The notes below the pieces were generated by a model. The model saw only the letters and a list, made by a program, of their open reading frames with translations. It ran no database searches and was not told the DNA's origin. The translations under genes were made by a program, and so were the position numbers. From the IMG/VR virus record IMGVR_UViG_3300041964_000008, positions 1-55,704 of that record: a stretch of 55,704 nt of DNA; one strand, written 5' to 3'. Source of the stretch: a virus. Taxonomy: Duplodnaviria > Caudoviricetes. Shown here piece by piece: positions 10,000 through 19,209 of the stretch (position 1 is the stretch's first letter; every line of letters begins with the position of its first letter).

Positions 10000-10543
10000 C
10001 TAGAGAAGCTCGAGCTGTTCGATCATATAAGCGTTGAGTTGATACCAAAGCTCAACGTTTCTCTGATCATTTGGTGTCCTACTGAGCGGGAATAGTCCAC
10101 CGTGTCCATCGGCCCCATATGTCCGGAATATGATTCGATTCAATGTGTCGTCAACAATCCTCTCGGCAGATAACTCATAGCTGTACACGTGGTCCGTATA
10201 CAGATGCAAGCCAACGTTCTCCATCATGTGCCAGAACCACCATGCAGGTTCCTGGTCATCGAGAAAGGACGCATGTCTTGATAGCGATACCAACATCTCA
10301 AACATCGAACACCCCAGATCTTTCCAATGTGGATCTGGGGATTACCTGTCATCTCCAGGTATTCGCGGCGAAGTTCCCGACGTCTGTTACTCGGTTATCA
10401 TCATTCGGGATGAACCAGACGAACTCTTTCTTGTACAGTTGCCTGGCAAGACACCAGTGTGTCCTTTTGGGATTCTTCAACCTGAGTGAGGTGATTTGGC
10501 TGTAAAGCCATATCAAATATCCCTCATCCAGTGACTGATCCAT
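10000..10543 (-). CDS. Hypothetical protein (frameshifted; ORFs 10349-10543 and 10000-10305)
   Basis: Adjacent ORF halves with no separate RBS. Confidence 0.55.
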
Positions 10544-10546
10544 AAG

Positions 10547-11609
10547 TCATCGACGTCCCCCTTTTTGTTCGCCGGCGACGCTCGCCACGCTGTGGTGCAT
10601 TGAACGGAGGAGTGTTTGCGACAATCTGCTCGACCCGATGCTGAGGCATTGTGGACATCGCGGAATGCTTGATGACCGCCTGCTCAGCCTCATCGTCAAA
10701 GCCGAGGATATCGTGGGAATACTTGCTGTGGTGCGAGAGATTTCGAAGTCCATCTCAAGCTTGTCATTGCGGACGTACACCATGTTGGGGTCCGTCGTAC
10801 CCTCACCGAATCGAGCTAGGTGCTGTTGTCCAACGATTCCCTCGACATTAGGAATGACCTCGTCGCGCTCATCCATGAGGACGTTGTCGCCCATGAAATA
10901 TGTCAGAGCAGACTGCTCGTAGTCCCTTGTCGTTCGGACCCTCGTTGAACTCTTCCTCCGTGATGATGTATGGAGCGTCCGGAGTACGAAGAGGAATCTC
11001 CTTCTGGTAGTCAAACCCGCTGGAGTTCGTCTCATCATCGACAGATATGATCGTCTGCTCAGTGACGACCTTGCCCTGCTTCGTCTTCTTCTTCGTCACG
11101 GTCTTCTGCTCCAAGACCTCAGCCTCTGGCACATCCAGCCCTGGTACTCGGTCAAGGCGGACCTTGCCTCCGAGCCGTGAATACGGTCCACGACATCCCC
11201 GGAGAGGCGTTCTCCGAGTCTGACTTGTAAAGCTTGCCGTAGAACTGCTTGGCCTACTCGAGCTCGTCCGCGAGCATCTGCTCGTACTTCGTGCCGAGAC
11301 GCTTGCGAGCGACGTAGAAGCCCACGCCGGCACCGATAGCGAACGATGCCGCGCTGATCGCAACGACGGCCCAGGGCCACGCTTGACCCAGGTGCGGAAC
11401 TTGTTGTTACCAACGGTCAGGTTATCCAGGTGCTTCTCGGTGACGTCTAGCGCCTTTTCGAGAGTGTCCGAGGTCTCCTCGAGAATATCTGCGGGTCTTA
11501 CCCGCGGCTTTGATGGCAAGCGCTTCGGCTCTCTCGTTCAGGTCCTTCAGGTTCGACTCAACCTTTACCTTCGGGTGGTCTTCGTTTCACATTGGTCGTT
11601 GTCGCCATG
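10547..11609 (-). CDS. Hypothetical protein(s), multiply frameshifted
   Basis: Plausible protein segments (PYIITEEEF, LTYFMGDNVL...VYVRNDKL) in shifting frames. Confidence 0.5.
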
Positions 11610-11624
11610 ATAGGTATCCTTCTC

Positions 11625-12539
11625 CTAGATCTTGTTCCAGATGGGTCCATCGACATTGAAGTCGAGGAAGATTTCGCCTTCAGGTCCCACGACCATCTCG
11701 TGGAACTGGTTCAACTCGTGATTGCGGAACACCTGGAAGTCGACGAAGCCGTCTCCAGTGTGACGCTCAGGGTTACGCGGATCAAATATCCAACCCGTCA
11801 CTGCTCCGGCCTTCGTGTCGGGCATACCGAGCTCACGGTATACCTCGTTCAGGAACAGGTGTCCCTTAGCACGAAGCTTGTCGTTGCAGTAAAGCTGAAC
11901 CGTCCTCAGGAACATCACGTTGTACGAGGACTGCTGCTGCCAGTTGGCATTCGAACGATCAAATATCACAGCGTACGGCTTCCGATTGCCGTCACCTGCG
12001 ACCTTCACGTTCTTCGTCACAGGACCTTCGTCAGTGTCCTCGACGATGGTCTTGTCGGTAGCACCGAATCGGTACTCCCGGTCCTTGTCAGCGCCGACGT
12101 CAGCGATGACACGAGCCCGGTAGTCGTTGAAAGCCTCCGTGGTGAGAGTAAGCGCTGCCGTCAGGCCGGCGTTCCTCTTCATAAGGATGCTGTGTGAACC
12201 AGCGAACATGCCCAAGGACAACAGTCCAAGGCCGATCGCCGGAGCATAGAGACGCGCCATCTGAGCGGTCGCCTCCATGTAGATGAACAGCATGTCCTTG
12301 TTGTACGCGGAAGTCGAGTAGACCTCCGTTGAGTGCCTCAGACGTCCAGCCTTGTGCTCCTTGATCTTATTCTCGATCAAAGTCAGCTCCGACTCAACGC
12401 GAAGCGTCGCCCGACAAGCCATGACCGTCGAGCCGATGGCGAGTGCTACGCCACCGGCGAATAGCAGAGTGGGGGAATTCTTCTGTGCGAGAATGACTGG
12501 TCTAGCCAGCATTCGTGTCAAGCCTTCGGGCAACTTCAT
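11625..12539 (-). CDS. DUF6353-like phage protein with N-terminal hydrophobic segment
   Basis: KNSPTLLFAGG...LFLNEVY..LG...GW pattern; resembles 16827-17617. Confidence 0.65.
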   Translation of the reverse strand: MKLPEGLTRMLARPVILAQKNSPTLLFAGGVALAIGSTVMACRATLRVESELTLIENKIKEHKAGRLRHSTEVYSTSAYNKDMLFIYMEATAQMARLYAPAIGLGLLSLGMFAGSHSILMKRNAGLTAALTLTTEAFNDYRARVIADVGADKDREYRFGATDKTIVEDTDEGPVTKNVKVAGDGNRKPYAVIFDRSNANWQQQSSYNVMFLRTVQLYCNDKLRAKGHLFLNEVYRELGMPDTKAGAVTGWIFDPRNPERHTGDGFVDFQVFRNHELNQFHEMVVGPEGEIFLDFNVDGPIWNKI

Positions 12540-12704
12540 CTCTGTCTCCTAGACATACGTTTTGGGATTGGAGCCGTTGTAAAACGGCGATAACTTGTGT
12601 CTTTGGCATGTTGTCGACCTTGGCGTACCACTGGTCGTCAGCAAAAGCCGTTTTCAATAGTCGCCTCTCCTCTGAAGCTCCTACACGGGTCATGGGTCCT
12701 CTGT

Positions 12705-13367
12705 CTAGTCGTTGATTGGTTCGGGTCGGGGGAGATTGAGCAAATATCCGCCTTCACGAGTTCTTTCAACGCTAGCGCTGCGTAGATCTGTCCAGCCCCA
12801 CCTTTGATCGGTGTATTGGGCACCTACGCCGAGAAATTCATAGAGATCCGCGACTGTGACAATATCGAATTTGACGAGGATTGCGCTGAGGTTATCAAGG
12901 ACATGTTGAGCCTCAGCACGAGATTCCAGGATGATGTCCCTGAAATCGAATGTTGCACGTGAACGATCCGTCGGCTGCTTGTTCGGGATCCTCGGATCAG
13001 ACAAGGGTGAATATGATCCGATAGGAGCCTTACCGATGTTGTGGTACTGCATGCTTCCGAGAGGCTGACCTCCATACATCCGAGGAGCACCTGGATGTCC
13101 GTAGAGTCGTTGGCTCACAGCAGCATTGACCGACTCAAGGATGAGATGCTTTCCCGAAGGCACAAGAATATCCGTCCAGACCGTCATGAAGACGCTCCTA
13201 CTGTCTGGCCCCTTGATGAATATGCTCTTGAAGCGGTCCCATCGTGATCTATCACGCTGGATTACCTTGCCAACGACGATCTTCGAGATGTTCTTCTCTT
13301 CCACCTTCGGGATCGAAGACTTTTGTCGTTGGGTATGACTCTGACTAGGAAATTCACTTTCCGTCAT
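12705..13367 (-). CDS. Hypothetical protein
   Basis: 220-aa ORF; VADLYE..G...WGW motif. Confidence 0.75.
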   Translation of the reverse strand: MTESEFPSQSHTQRQKSSIPKVEEKNISKIVVGKVIQRDRSRWDRFKSIFIKGPDSRSVFMTVWTDILVPSGKHLILESVNAAVSQRLYGHPGAPRMYGGQPLGSMQYHNIGKAPIGSYSPLSDPRIPNKQPTDRSRATFDFRDIILESRAEAQHVLDNLSAILVKFDIVTVADLYEFLGVGAQYTDQRWGWTDLRSASVERTREGGYLLNLPRPEPIND

Positions 13368-13393
13368 GCGGTCTCATTCCTGAGCATAAAACG

Positions 13394-13413
13394 AGAGCCC
13401 TTGTAAGGGGCTC
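13394..13413 (-). terminator. Cassette hairpin
   Basis: GAGCCCC-TTACA-AGGGCTC followed by TCGTTTT. Confidence 0.7.
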
Positions 13414-13426
13414 CCGTTGGTGAATG

Positions 13427-13588
13427 TTACTCCTTTACGGGGGGAGGAGGGGGAGGTGTCGGCGGGTTGTAGTGCTTGTCGATGGCAGCATTAGCTTCCT
13501 TCTCCGTCTTGACCAGGGATCCGATCAGGACTGAGGTTAGGACGCCAAGGCCGGCCCGAACGGCAAGCTTGACAACAGTGGGGTTCAT
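13427..13588 (-). CDS. 53-aa membrane peptide with Pro-rich tail (MNPTVVKLAVR...)
   Basis: Read manually; GAAAGGA RBS; lies between motif and hairpin. Confidence 0.7.
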   Translation of the reverse strand: MNPTVVKLAVRAGLGVLTSVLIGSLVKTEKEANAAIDKHYNPPTPPPPPPVKE

Positions 13589-13615
13589 CTCGTTCCTTTC
13601 CAATAGGTGTACGTT

Positions 13616-13641
13616 CGTTAGAGGGACGGTTTTTTCTGCGA
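13616..13641 (-). promoter_or_regulatory. 26-bp motif (TCGCA-N6-ACC-N5-TCTAACG)
   Basis: Repeat copy. Confidence 0.7.
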
Positions 13642-13642
13642 G

Positions 13643-14098
13643 TTATCCTCGCCCCATGATGCGACGAGCCTTGCGCTTTGCTCGCTCGTTACGCCACCAG
13701 TCCTTCAGCCTCTCGATACGCGGCTTGAGCCACTTACCGATCTCCTTGTCGAGTCCTGTCTGGTGGAGTAGCGACCAGGTCGTCACTACAAGACCGATCG
13801 ATGTGCTCAGGCTTCGCTTGTTGCCCAGGATCAGACCTCGAAGGTTGCGGCTCATGAACTGTGTGCGATCCAGACGCTGACGCTCCTTAGCCGCCTTGAT
13901 GGCATGCTTGGCCATGTCCTGACGGTCGTAGGCAGCCTTCAGCGCCTGCTCGTAGCCAGGAACGCTCTTGATCTTGTGGTTGATTTCCGCCTGCAGAAGC
14001 TTGCGCCTCGTTCCGGCACCCTCGCCGAAGAACATCTCAGCGTAGGCCCATTTCGAGGCGTCCTTCTCGGCGATGCTTTTGATGTTGGTACCGAACAT
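13643..14098 (-). CDS. Hypothetical protein (MFGTNIKS...)
   Basis: AAGGAG RBS before the internal ATG. Confidence 0.75.
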   Translation of the reverse strand: MFGTNIKSIAEKDASKWAYAEMFFGEGAGTRRKLLQAEINHKIKSVPGYEQALKAAYDRQDMAKHAIKAAKERQRLDRTQFMSRNLRGLILGNKRSLSTSIGLVVTTWSLLHQTGLDKEIGKWLKPRIERLKDWWRNERAKRKARRIMGRG

Positions 14099-14124
14099 GG
14101 GGGTCTCCTTTATAGGTGTGATGA

Positions 14125-14457
14125 TCAACGATCTTCGATATCGGTCATGATGTAATGGAACTTCGCAGCCACTTCCGTATCGGGGCAGTCGTATCGCTCC
14201 TTGGCGAGCCAAGAACACAAGCGTTCGGCGTGTTCTCTTCCTTCTGCAGTCGACAGGTTTACCTTGAACGTGACTGTGTACTCCTCGTTTTGATTAAGCA
14301 AATGCCGAACCGAGGATTCGTTAAGACTCATCCTTTCAGCAATTTCGGCAATGGAATAACCCGTATCTTTCAGGCTCCATGCTTCCTTGATGTCTTGTGT
14401 TCTTGCTTCCTGGGACTTCTTGAAGCGTTCAACGCGGTCGCTCATAATATGATCCAA
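14125..14457 (-). CDS. HTH protein resembling an HTH of the phage RNAP
   Basis: LKDTGYSIAEIAERMSLNESSVRHLL versus RNAP LKDKGLSNIAIGEKMGINESSVRSLL. Confidence 0.8.
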   Translation of the reverse strand: MDHIMSDRVERFKKSQEARTQDIKEAWSLKDTGYSIAEIAERMSLNESSVRHLLNQNEEYTVTFKVNLSTAEGREHAERLCSWLAKERYDCPDTEVAAKFHYIMTDIEDR

Positions 14458-14583
14458 TCTGATAGGTATGCTGGGGTGGGCAACCTTTTCTCCCGGGGGT
14501 GGAACGGCGGTCGTTTAAAATCAAGCATCCGTTTACGGGTTGAGACCCCACCAAGAGGACCCTTGCTTGACTCCCATGTTGCA

Positions 14584-14739
14584 TTACATCAATCCCAGTG
14601 CTTGCAGGACTGTGCGGGTCTCTTCGGCGCTCGCACCAGTTTTAGCGCCGATTTCTACAACGGTGAGACATGCATTCTTTTGAGCATCCGCACTGATGTG
14701 CGGAATTGGTATCTCACCGTACTTGTCCATTTGGGGCAT
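14584..14739 (-). CDS. 51-aa hypothetical protein (MPQMDKYGE...)
   Basis: Read manually; AAGGAG RBS. Confidence 0.6.
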   Translation of the reverse strand: MPQMDKYGEIPIPHISADAQKNACLTVVEIGAKTGASAEETRTVLQALGLM

Positions 14740-14742
14740 ATA

Positions 14743-15213
14743 TCACTCCTTGCCGAGGTTGTTCTCCTTGACGATGTCATCGAACTGCTGGGTCACCGCG
14801 GAGCGCTTCCATGCGCTCTTGACTTCGTCCATGAAGTTCCGAACGCTCTCACGAGCCTTCTGGAAGTTGGACTTGGCCGCGATGGCCCGGGGGTGGTTCG
14901 GGTTCTCCTTGACGAACCGGTACGTCTGGTAGTACGGACGAGCCTTCTGAGCAAGCCAGTACGTGAGACCGACGGCGAGAAGGGTCTTCTTGAAGCCCCA
15001 GCCACCACGCTTGGCCGAGGCGTTCGCCAGCTGAACCGGCTGAGCCTTGACCTCCTTGATCGCTTCCTTGGCGGCGTCCTGGATGAACGTGCCGACACCG
15101 ATCTTGTACGGGAACCCGATGTCCTGGGCGTACCAGAGCCGGCTCTCGAGCGCGTCTGCTGCGTTGCCGAGAGTCTCTGCCTCGACGGGAACCTTGAAAT
15201 CGAACGTCTTCAT
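14743..15213 (-). CDS. Hypothetical protein
   Basis: 156-aa ORF with RBS. Confidence 0.75.
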   Translation of the reverse strand: MKTFDFKVPVEAETLGNAADALESRLWYAQDIGFPYKIGVGTFIQDAAKEAIKEVKAQPVQLANASAKRGGWGFKKTLLAVGLTYWLAQKARPYYQTYRFVKENPNHPRAIAAKSNFQKARESVRNFMDEVKSAWKRSAVTQQFDDIVKENNLGKE

Positions 15214-15238
15214 GAGATGTCTGCTTCCTATAGGGTGT

Positions 15239-15520
15239 TCAGATTTGCTGCAGGGTACGCATCATGCTGATGCGTAGTTGATCTCTGGTCATGGCATCGA
15301 GATCGATACCAACCAAGGCATCGAATTCCTCTTGTGTCATGCCCAGAAGTTCTTCTTCGGTGTACTCCTCGAACAGCTTAGGAACAGCTGCCGTCACAAC
15401 GGGGTCTCCAAGGACGTACTCGAATCCGTAGTCCTCATCACCACCAAGACGCTCGATTGCGACCTGGTTGGCATTCTCCTCAGTGTCTGTTGCACATGTG
15501 ACGCTGATCAGAAATATCAT
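15239..15520 (-). CDS. Hypothetical acidic protein
   Basis: C-terminus resembles the C-terminus of 15517-16149 (Y..EELL.../YSRAELL...). Confidence 0.7.
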   Translation of the reverse strand: MIFLISVTCATDTEENANQVAIERLGGDEDYGFEYVLGDPVVTAAVPKLFEEYTEEELLGMTQEEFDALVGIDLDAMTRDQLRISMMRTLQQI

Positions 15521-16149
15521 GCCTGACTCTTCCTTTGCATAGCGATGACGAGGAGCTCACGATCCATCTTGGATGGATCCTTGCCGGCGAGGTGATCGAA
15601 CTGGTCCTGAGGAAGAGCCAGAAGCTCTGCCCTAGAATATGATTCGATGTCCCTCTCGAGAAGTGGTCCACCACCGATCTCTTCAGTCGATGACTCAAGA
15701 ACTGGTGCTGTGGTGGGGAGCTCGACGGTCTCAGTTGTCTTCTGCTTTGCTACCTCCTGTTCAACCAGCTTCATAAGCTTTGGCGGGAAGAGACCTTGAA
15801 TGAACTCTTGCGCAATCTCAGCACCACCCTCACCCATGAACTGGAATATAAGCTCACCCAAGGCCGGGTGCTCTTCGAATGTCTCACGCAGAGGACGCCC
15901 GTTCGCGTCCTTCTTTGTGAAGCCCCCCTCATCCGTACGCTTGCCATAGCTCGCAAGGATGATGTCCTTGAAGAGGTAGTAAGCGTCGTTTCCAGACGTG
16001 GTCTTCGTCAGCTTCTCGAGATATGCCGACAGTCCGCCTTCGTACTTCAGCTCCATCTCAGCAATCTCAAGCTTGTAGAGGTTGAAATAGAAGTCGTCAG
16101 TCCTCGAGTTACCATCGACGTCGTCATACGTGATTGTTTTCTTGATCAT
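15517..16149 (-). CDS. Hypothetical protein (MIKKTITYDD...FYFNL)
   Basis: GAGGAG RBS; long ORF. Confidence 0.75.
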   Translation of the reverse strand: MIKKTITYDDVDGNSRTDDFYFNLYKLEIAEMELKYEGGLSAYLEKLTKTTSGNDAYYLFKDIILASYGKRTDEGGFTKKDANGRPLRETFEEHPALGELIFQFMGEGGAEIAQEFIQGLFPPKLMKLVEQEVAKQKTTETVELPTTAPVLESSTEEIGGGPLLERDIESYSRAELLALPQDQFDHLAGKDPSKMDRELLVIAMQRKSQA

Positions 16150-16360
16150 TGAGGTGTATCTCCTCGTCAAAGAGAGTGGGGTTATCGGCTTTGAGCTCGA
16201 GCATAACTTGAGATACTTGACCATAGGCTAGCGAAAAGCGAATAAAGGCCATGCTCATAGAGTTATACGCGTCCGATAATCCGTTGACTGCTTTGATCAA
16301 GTCAACGTCTGTCACTTTCTTTCCTGAGGAACTGTCCATGCGCCTCACCTTCAAAACGAA

Positions 16361-16394
16361 AAGAGTGAGGCCTAGTTTCCTAGGCCCCTCTCTT
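16361..16394 (-). terminator. Hairpin terminator
   Basis: AGAG..GGCCTAG-GAAA-CTAGGCC..CTCTTTT. Confidence 0.75.
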
Positions 16395-16408
16395 GTGAAA
16401 CGGGTCGA

Positions 16409-16636
16409 TCAGGGGGTGGTGGTGTTCGGGGTCTCCGGGTGGAGGTCCGTGACGACGGCCTGAACCTTCTTCTCACGCTTGAGCTTGGAGAGTCCAGCGT
16501 TGATCGCGAGGACGCCCACGCCGGCCAGTGTGGCGACGGTGGCGAACTTCGCGGTCAGCGACTTGGACTCCGGGCTCATCGTGGGGATGGCTTCGGTGAC
16601 GTCGGTGACGGTGGTGTTCTCGGGGGTCTCGGACAT
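16409..16636 (-). CDS. Small membrane protein (cassette gene)
   Basis: AGGAG RBS; hydrophobic FATVATLAGVGVLAI. Confidence 0.7.
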   Translation of the reverse strand: MSETPENTTVTDVTEAIPTMSPESKSLTAKFATVATLAGVGVLAINAGLSKLKREKKVQAVVTDLHPETPNTTTP

Positions 16637-16662
16637 TTCTACTCCTAGATTGTCGGTCATTT

Positions 16663-16688
16663 CATTAGAGGCCCTGTTTTCTTTGCGA
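16663..16688 (-). promoter_or_regulatory. 26-bp motif
   Basis: TCGCA-AAGAAA-ACA-GGGCC-TCTAATG. Confidence 0.8.
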
Positions 16689-16826
16689 CCTCACCCATAC
16701 CCCCAATCCTTACGATCGTCTACCACACGCATGAAAACCCGTGCTCGGTTCGAGTCCTTGTGACAGTGAGGAGGATATGCTTTCATTCGCAATCCCTCTC
16801 CCTCACACGGGTCGCAGCAACCCCAA

Positions 16827-17617
16827 TCACTGCATGTGGCTGTAGTTCCTGAGAGGGGCTGCATCGAAATCAAGCGAGATACACGGCCGTCCGTCATCGG
16901 CCAGAACTGGCGTCGGATCGATCTCGAACTCGTCACCCATGGCCGTCCAACCGACGTGATCGGACAACTTGGTGGCTGAAATACCGATCAGCTCGTAGAA
17001 GTCGGTCAACGACGCCTCATCGTTCTTCAAACGCTTGGCGTTGACCTTGTTCTGAGCATCCAGAATCGTGTGCATGTCACTGTAGAAATATCGCTCGGAC
17101 ATGGGGTCGAAGCACAGCACATCTCCTCCTCCCGTGATGATGATCTGTGCCTTGTTCGGAGGATGCCGATCGAACTTCTCCTTCGCCACCTCTGCACGCA
17201 CCTTCGACTCCTTGGTCAGGCCAAAGTGCTCTTTCACCTTGTCCTTGTACTCGGAGTGAGCACGCTGAGAGAGCGCAAAGGCGGTTGCCATAGCTGCTAC
17301 ACGCTGCGTGTTGATGCGATTCGCCATGACGATCGAGGCGATTGTTAGCGCTCCTGCTCCAATGGGCGGAATATAGAGCGTCCACAGAAGTCGTGTCTTG
17401 TCCATCCAGTCGACAGGCTTCGCGGTCCTCTTCGATGCCGTAGCATCTTTGGTTCGAGCGATGCGCTCCATCTGGAGGATGCCGGCGGACTTGTATGCAG
17501 CCCGTCCGGTCAAATATGCGGTTGCGACCGTGCCGAGTACTCCGATACCCGTCAGATGGTCGGTGAGTTGTCGGTGATGAGCTTGCCTGCTTTGTAGCTG
17601 AACTTGGAAAAGTCCAT
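16827..17617 (-). CDS. DUF6353-like protein, second paralog (5' frameshift near 17555)
   Basis: NSPT..TGIG start; SLTDFYELIG...GW...DGRPC end. Confidence 0.6.
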
Positions 17618-18016
17618 GGGGGTCTCCTTGTATAGGGGTCAGCTGCTCTTGCGGGTGAGTGTTCGGATCGTTCGAATGGCTTCCGCAAGAAGAATCAGCT
17701 TCATGCGATCGCGCCGGGACAGAATGAAGGTCATGGCGAACTTCATGCAGATCACTGCCCGATCGTACGTCGTTCGAGCGAAGTACAGACGCACGCCAAG
17801 CCAGAGAAGGCGTAAGCGTACGAGGAATATCATCGGCGCCTCATTCGCGGACGAAGATCCAGATGAGCCAGAGCCCACCCGTGAGCAACGTCATGATGAC
17901 GTCGCCCAAGAAGGCAAGGCATCCGTACTGCTCGAACGTTGGTCTGACCGGACTCGACGTGGCATAGCTCGTCATATCTCATGCGGATCCTTCCAATAGG
18001 GGGGGGTCGAAAAGTG

Positions 18017-18100
18017 TGAGAAGATGTATACGATGGATGGTCGTATCACTTCAAGTTCAGCGGCCGGGTTAGGGCTCGATGACTCATAAGTGTCTTCTCA
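18017..18100 (-). ncRNA. Candidate structured small RNA A
   Basis: Follows motif 18099-18124; terminal stem TGAGAAGA/TCTTCTCA; internal CACTT/AAGTG and ATACGA/TCGTAT stems; downstream T tract; no RBS or ORF. Confidence 0.65.
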
Positions 18101-18134
18101 TTAGGGGGCTTGTTTTTTTCGCGAGTCAAAAATT

Positions 18135-18260
18135 TGAGGAGAGGTATACGGCCCAACGAAAGCTGTATCGTTAACTAGCTGCTTGGTACTTGCTAGCACT
18201 CCGGGTAGGATTCTAACCTACACATTCGTGTCTCGGAAACTCTTTCGAGTTCTCTTCTCA
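18135..18260 (-). ncRNA. Candidate structured small RNA B (four internal hairpins, one T-arm-like)
   Basis: Follows motif 18259-18284; terminal stem TGAGAAGAG/CTCTCCTCA; GTAGG-TTAGAAT-CCTAC; T5 tract after the stem. Confidence 0.7.
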
Positions 18261-18291
18261 TTAGAGGCCCTGTTTTCTCTGCGAAACATGT

Positions 18292-18366
18292 AGACCATGT
18301 ATTCAATGACAGGCTTTAACTGGAATGATCTCTGCAGCGAAGTAATTGCTGAATTGCATGGTCTCA
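18292..18366 (-). ncRNA. Candidate structured small RNA C
   Basis: Follows motif 18365-18390; terminal stem AGACCATG..ATTCA/TGAAT.CATGGTCT. Confidence 0.55.
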
Positions 18367-18391
18367 TTAGAGGCCCTGTTTTCCTTGCGAA

Positions 18392-18423
18392 GAATAAGAG
18401 CCCGTGTTGGGGGACTCTTATTC
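18392..18423 (-). terminator. Cassette hairpin
   Basis: GAATAAGAG/CTCTTATTC inverted repeat. Confidence 0.7.
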
Positions 18424-18429
18424 GTGAAG

Positions 18430-18576
18430 CTACTTCTTGAGGGAGCGGACGGTCTTCTTTGTCGCTCCACCAAGCACTCGAACCACGAGCAGGATGAGTA
18501 GCACTGGGATGAGCAGTGCGATCATCATGATCGAGATATCGAAGGCGTTGGCGGAGATCGTATTCCAGATTTCCAT
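18430..18576 (-). CDS. 48-aa membrane peptide (MEIWNTISANAF...)
   Basis: GAAAGGA RBS; motif at 18603-18628; long hydrophobic helix. Confidence 0.75.
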   Translation of the reverse strand: MEIWNTISANAFDISIMMIALLIPVLLILLVVRVLGGATKKTVRSLKK

Positions 18577-18666
18577 GGGTGTCCTTTCAGATTGTATGTC
18601 TTCATTATAGGGCTGGTAAATATCGCGAGGAAAACCTAAAGCCCATGTAGGGCTCTAGGCTAGAAC

Positions 18667-18816
18667 CTAGTGCTTCTTGCCGAGGTCTTTGTCCATCTCG
18701 TTCAGGTGCTTTCCGGCTTCCTTCATGAAGTCCAACCAGCCGTAAATCGCCATAGCGATTCCGACGTAGGTTAGACCGTTCCGGATCTTGCGGAAAGTGA
18801 ATCGAAGTGTCTTCAT
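18667..18816 (-). CDS. 49-aa membrane peptide (MKTLRFTFRK...)
   Basis: GAAAGG RBS; motif at 18841-18866; hairpin at 18634-18659. Confidence 0.75.
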   Translation of the reverse strand: MKTLRFTFRKIRNGLTYVGIAMAIYGWLDFMKEAGKHLNEMDKDLGKKH

Positions 18817-18900
18817 TCTCGTGCCTTTCTAGTAGGGTTCTATTATAAGCCATGTAGAATATGCGAAAACCCAGACCCCGTGTAGGGGCCTAGGCTCAGA

Positions 18901-19068
18901 TCAGAGCTCGATGACGGAACTGCGGTTGCGTGTCCGAACGAACCACACACAGCCGAGGCCCAGAGTCAACACGATGACGAGCACGAGTATGGATGTGCGT
19001 CGGCGTTGGAAGAGTCTGGGTCGGATGACGGTGTGGTGGCGGTCGAATCCATAATTGGAATTCAACAT
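18901..19068 (-). CDS. 55-aa membrane peptide (MLNSNYGFDR...)
   Basis: GAAAGGA RBS; motif at 19098-19123; hairpin at 18870-18894. Confidence 0.7.
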   Translation of the reverse strand: MLNSNYGFDRHHTVIRPRLFQRRRTSILVLVIVLTLGLGCVWFVRTRNRSSVIEL

Positions 19069-19209
19069 GAGTGTCCTTTCAATGGAGGATTGATCTTCAT
19101 TAGACGACTTGTATAAATTGCGAAGTGATTTTTCCGAACTTCCCCCCGGGGAATTTTTGATATCAAATTATGAAATTTTTAGACAAAATGTACGCTTTGC
19201 GAAACCTAA

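Noticed and set aside
14155-15270. Long plus-strand ORFs (this 371-aa one, also 23286-24164 and 32695-33297)
   Set aside because: Antisense shadows of codon-biased minus-strand genes, with no RBS or recognisable motifs
18135-18260. RNA B as a true tRNA
   Set aside because: Arm order and number do not fit a cloverleaf, and there is no acceptor end with CCA
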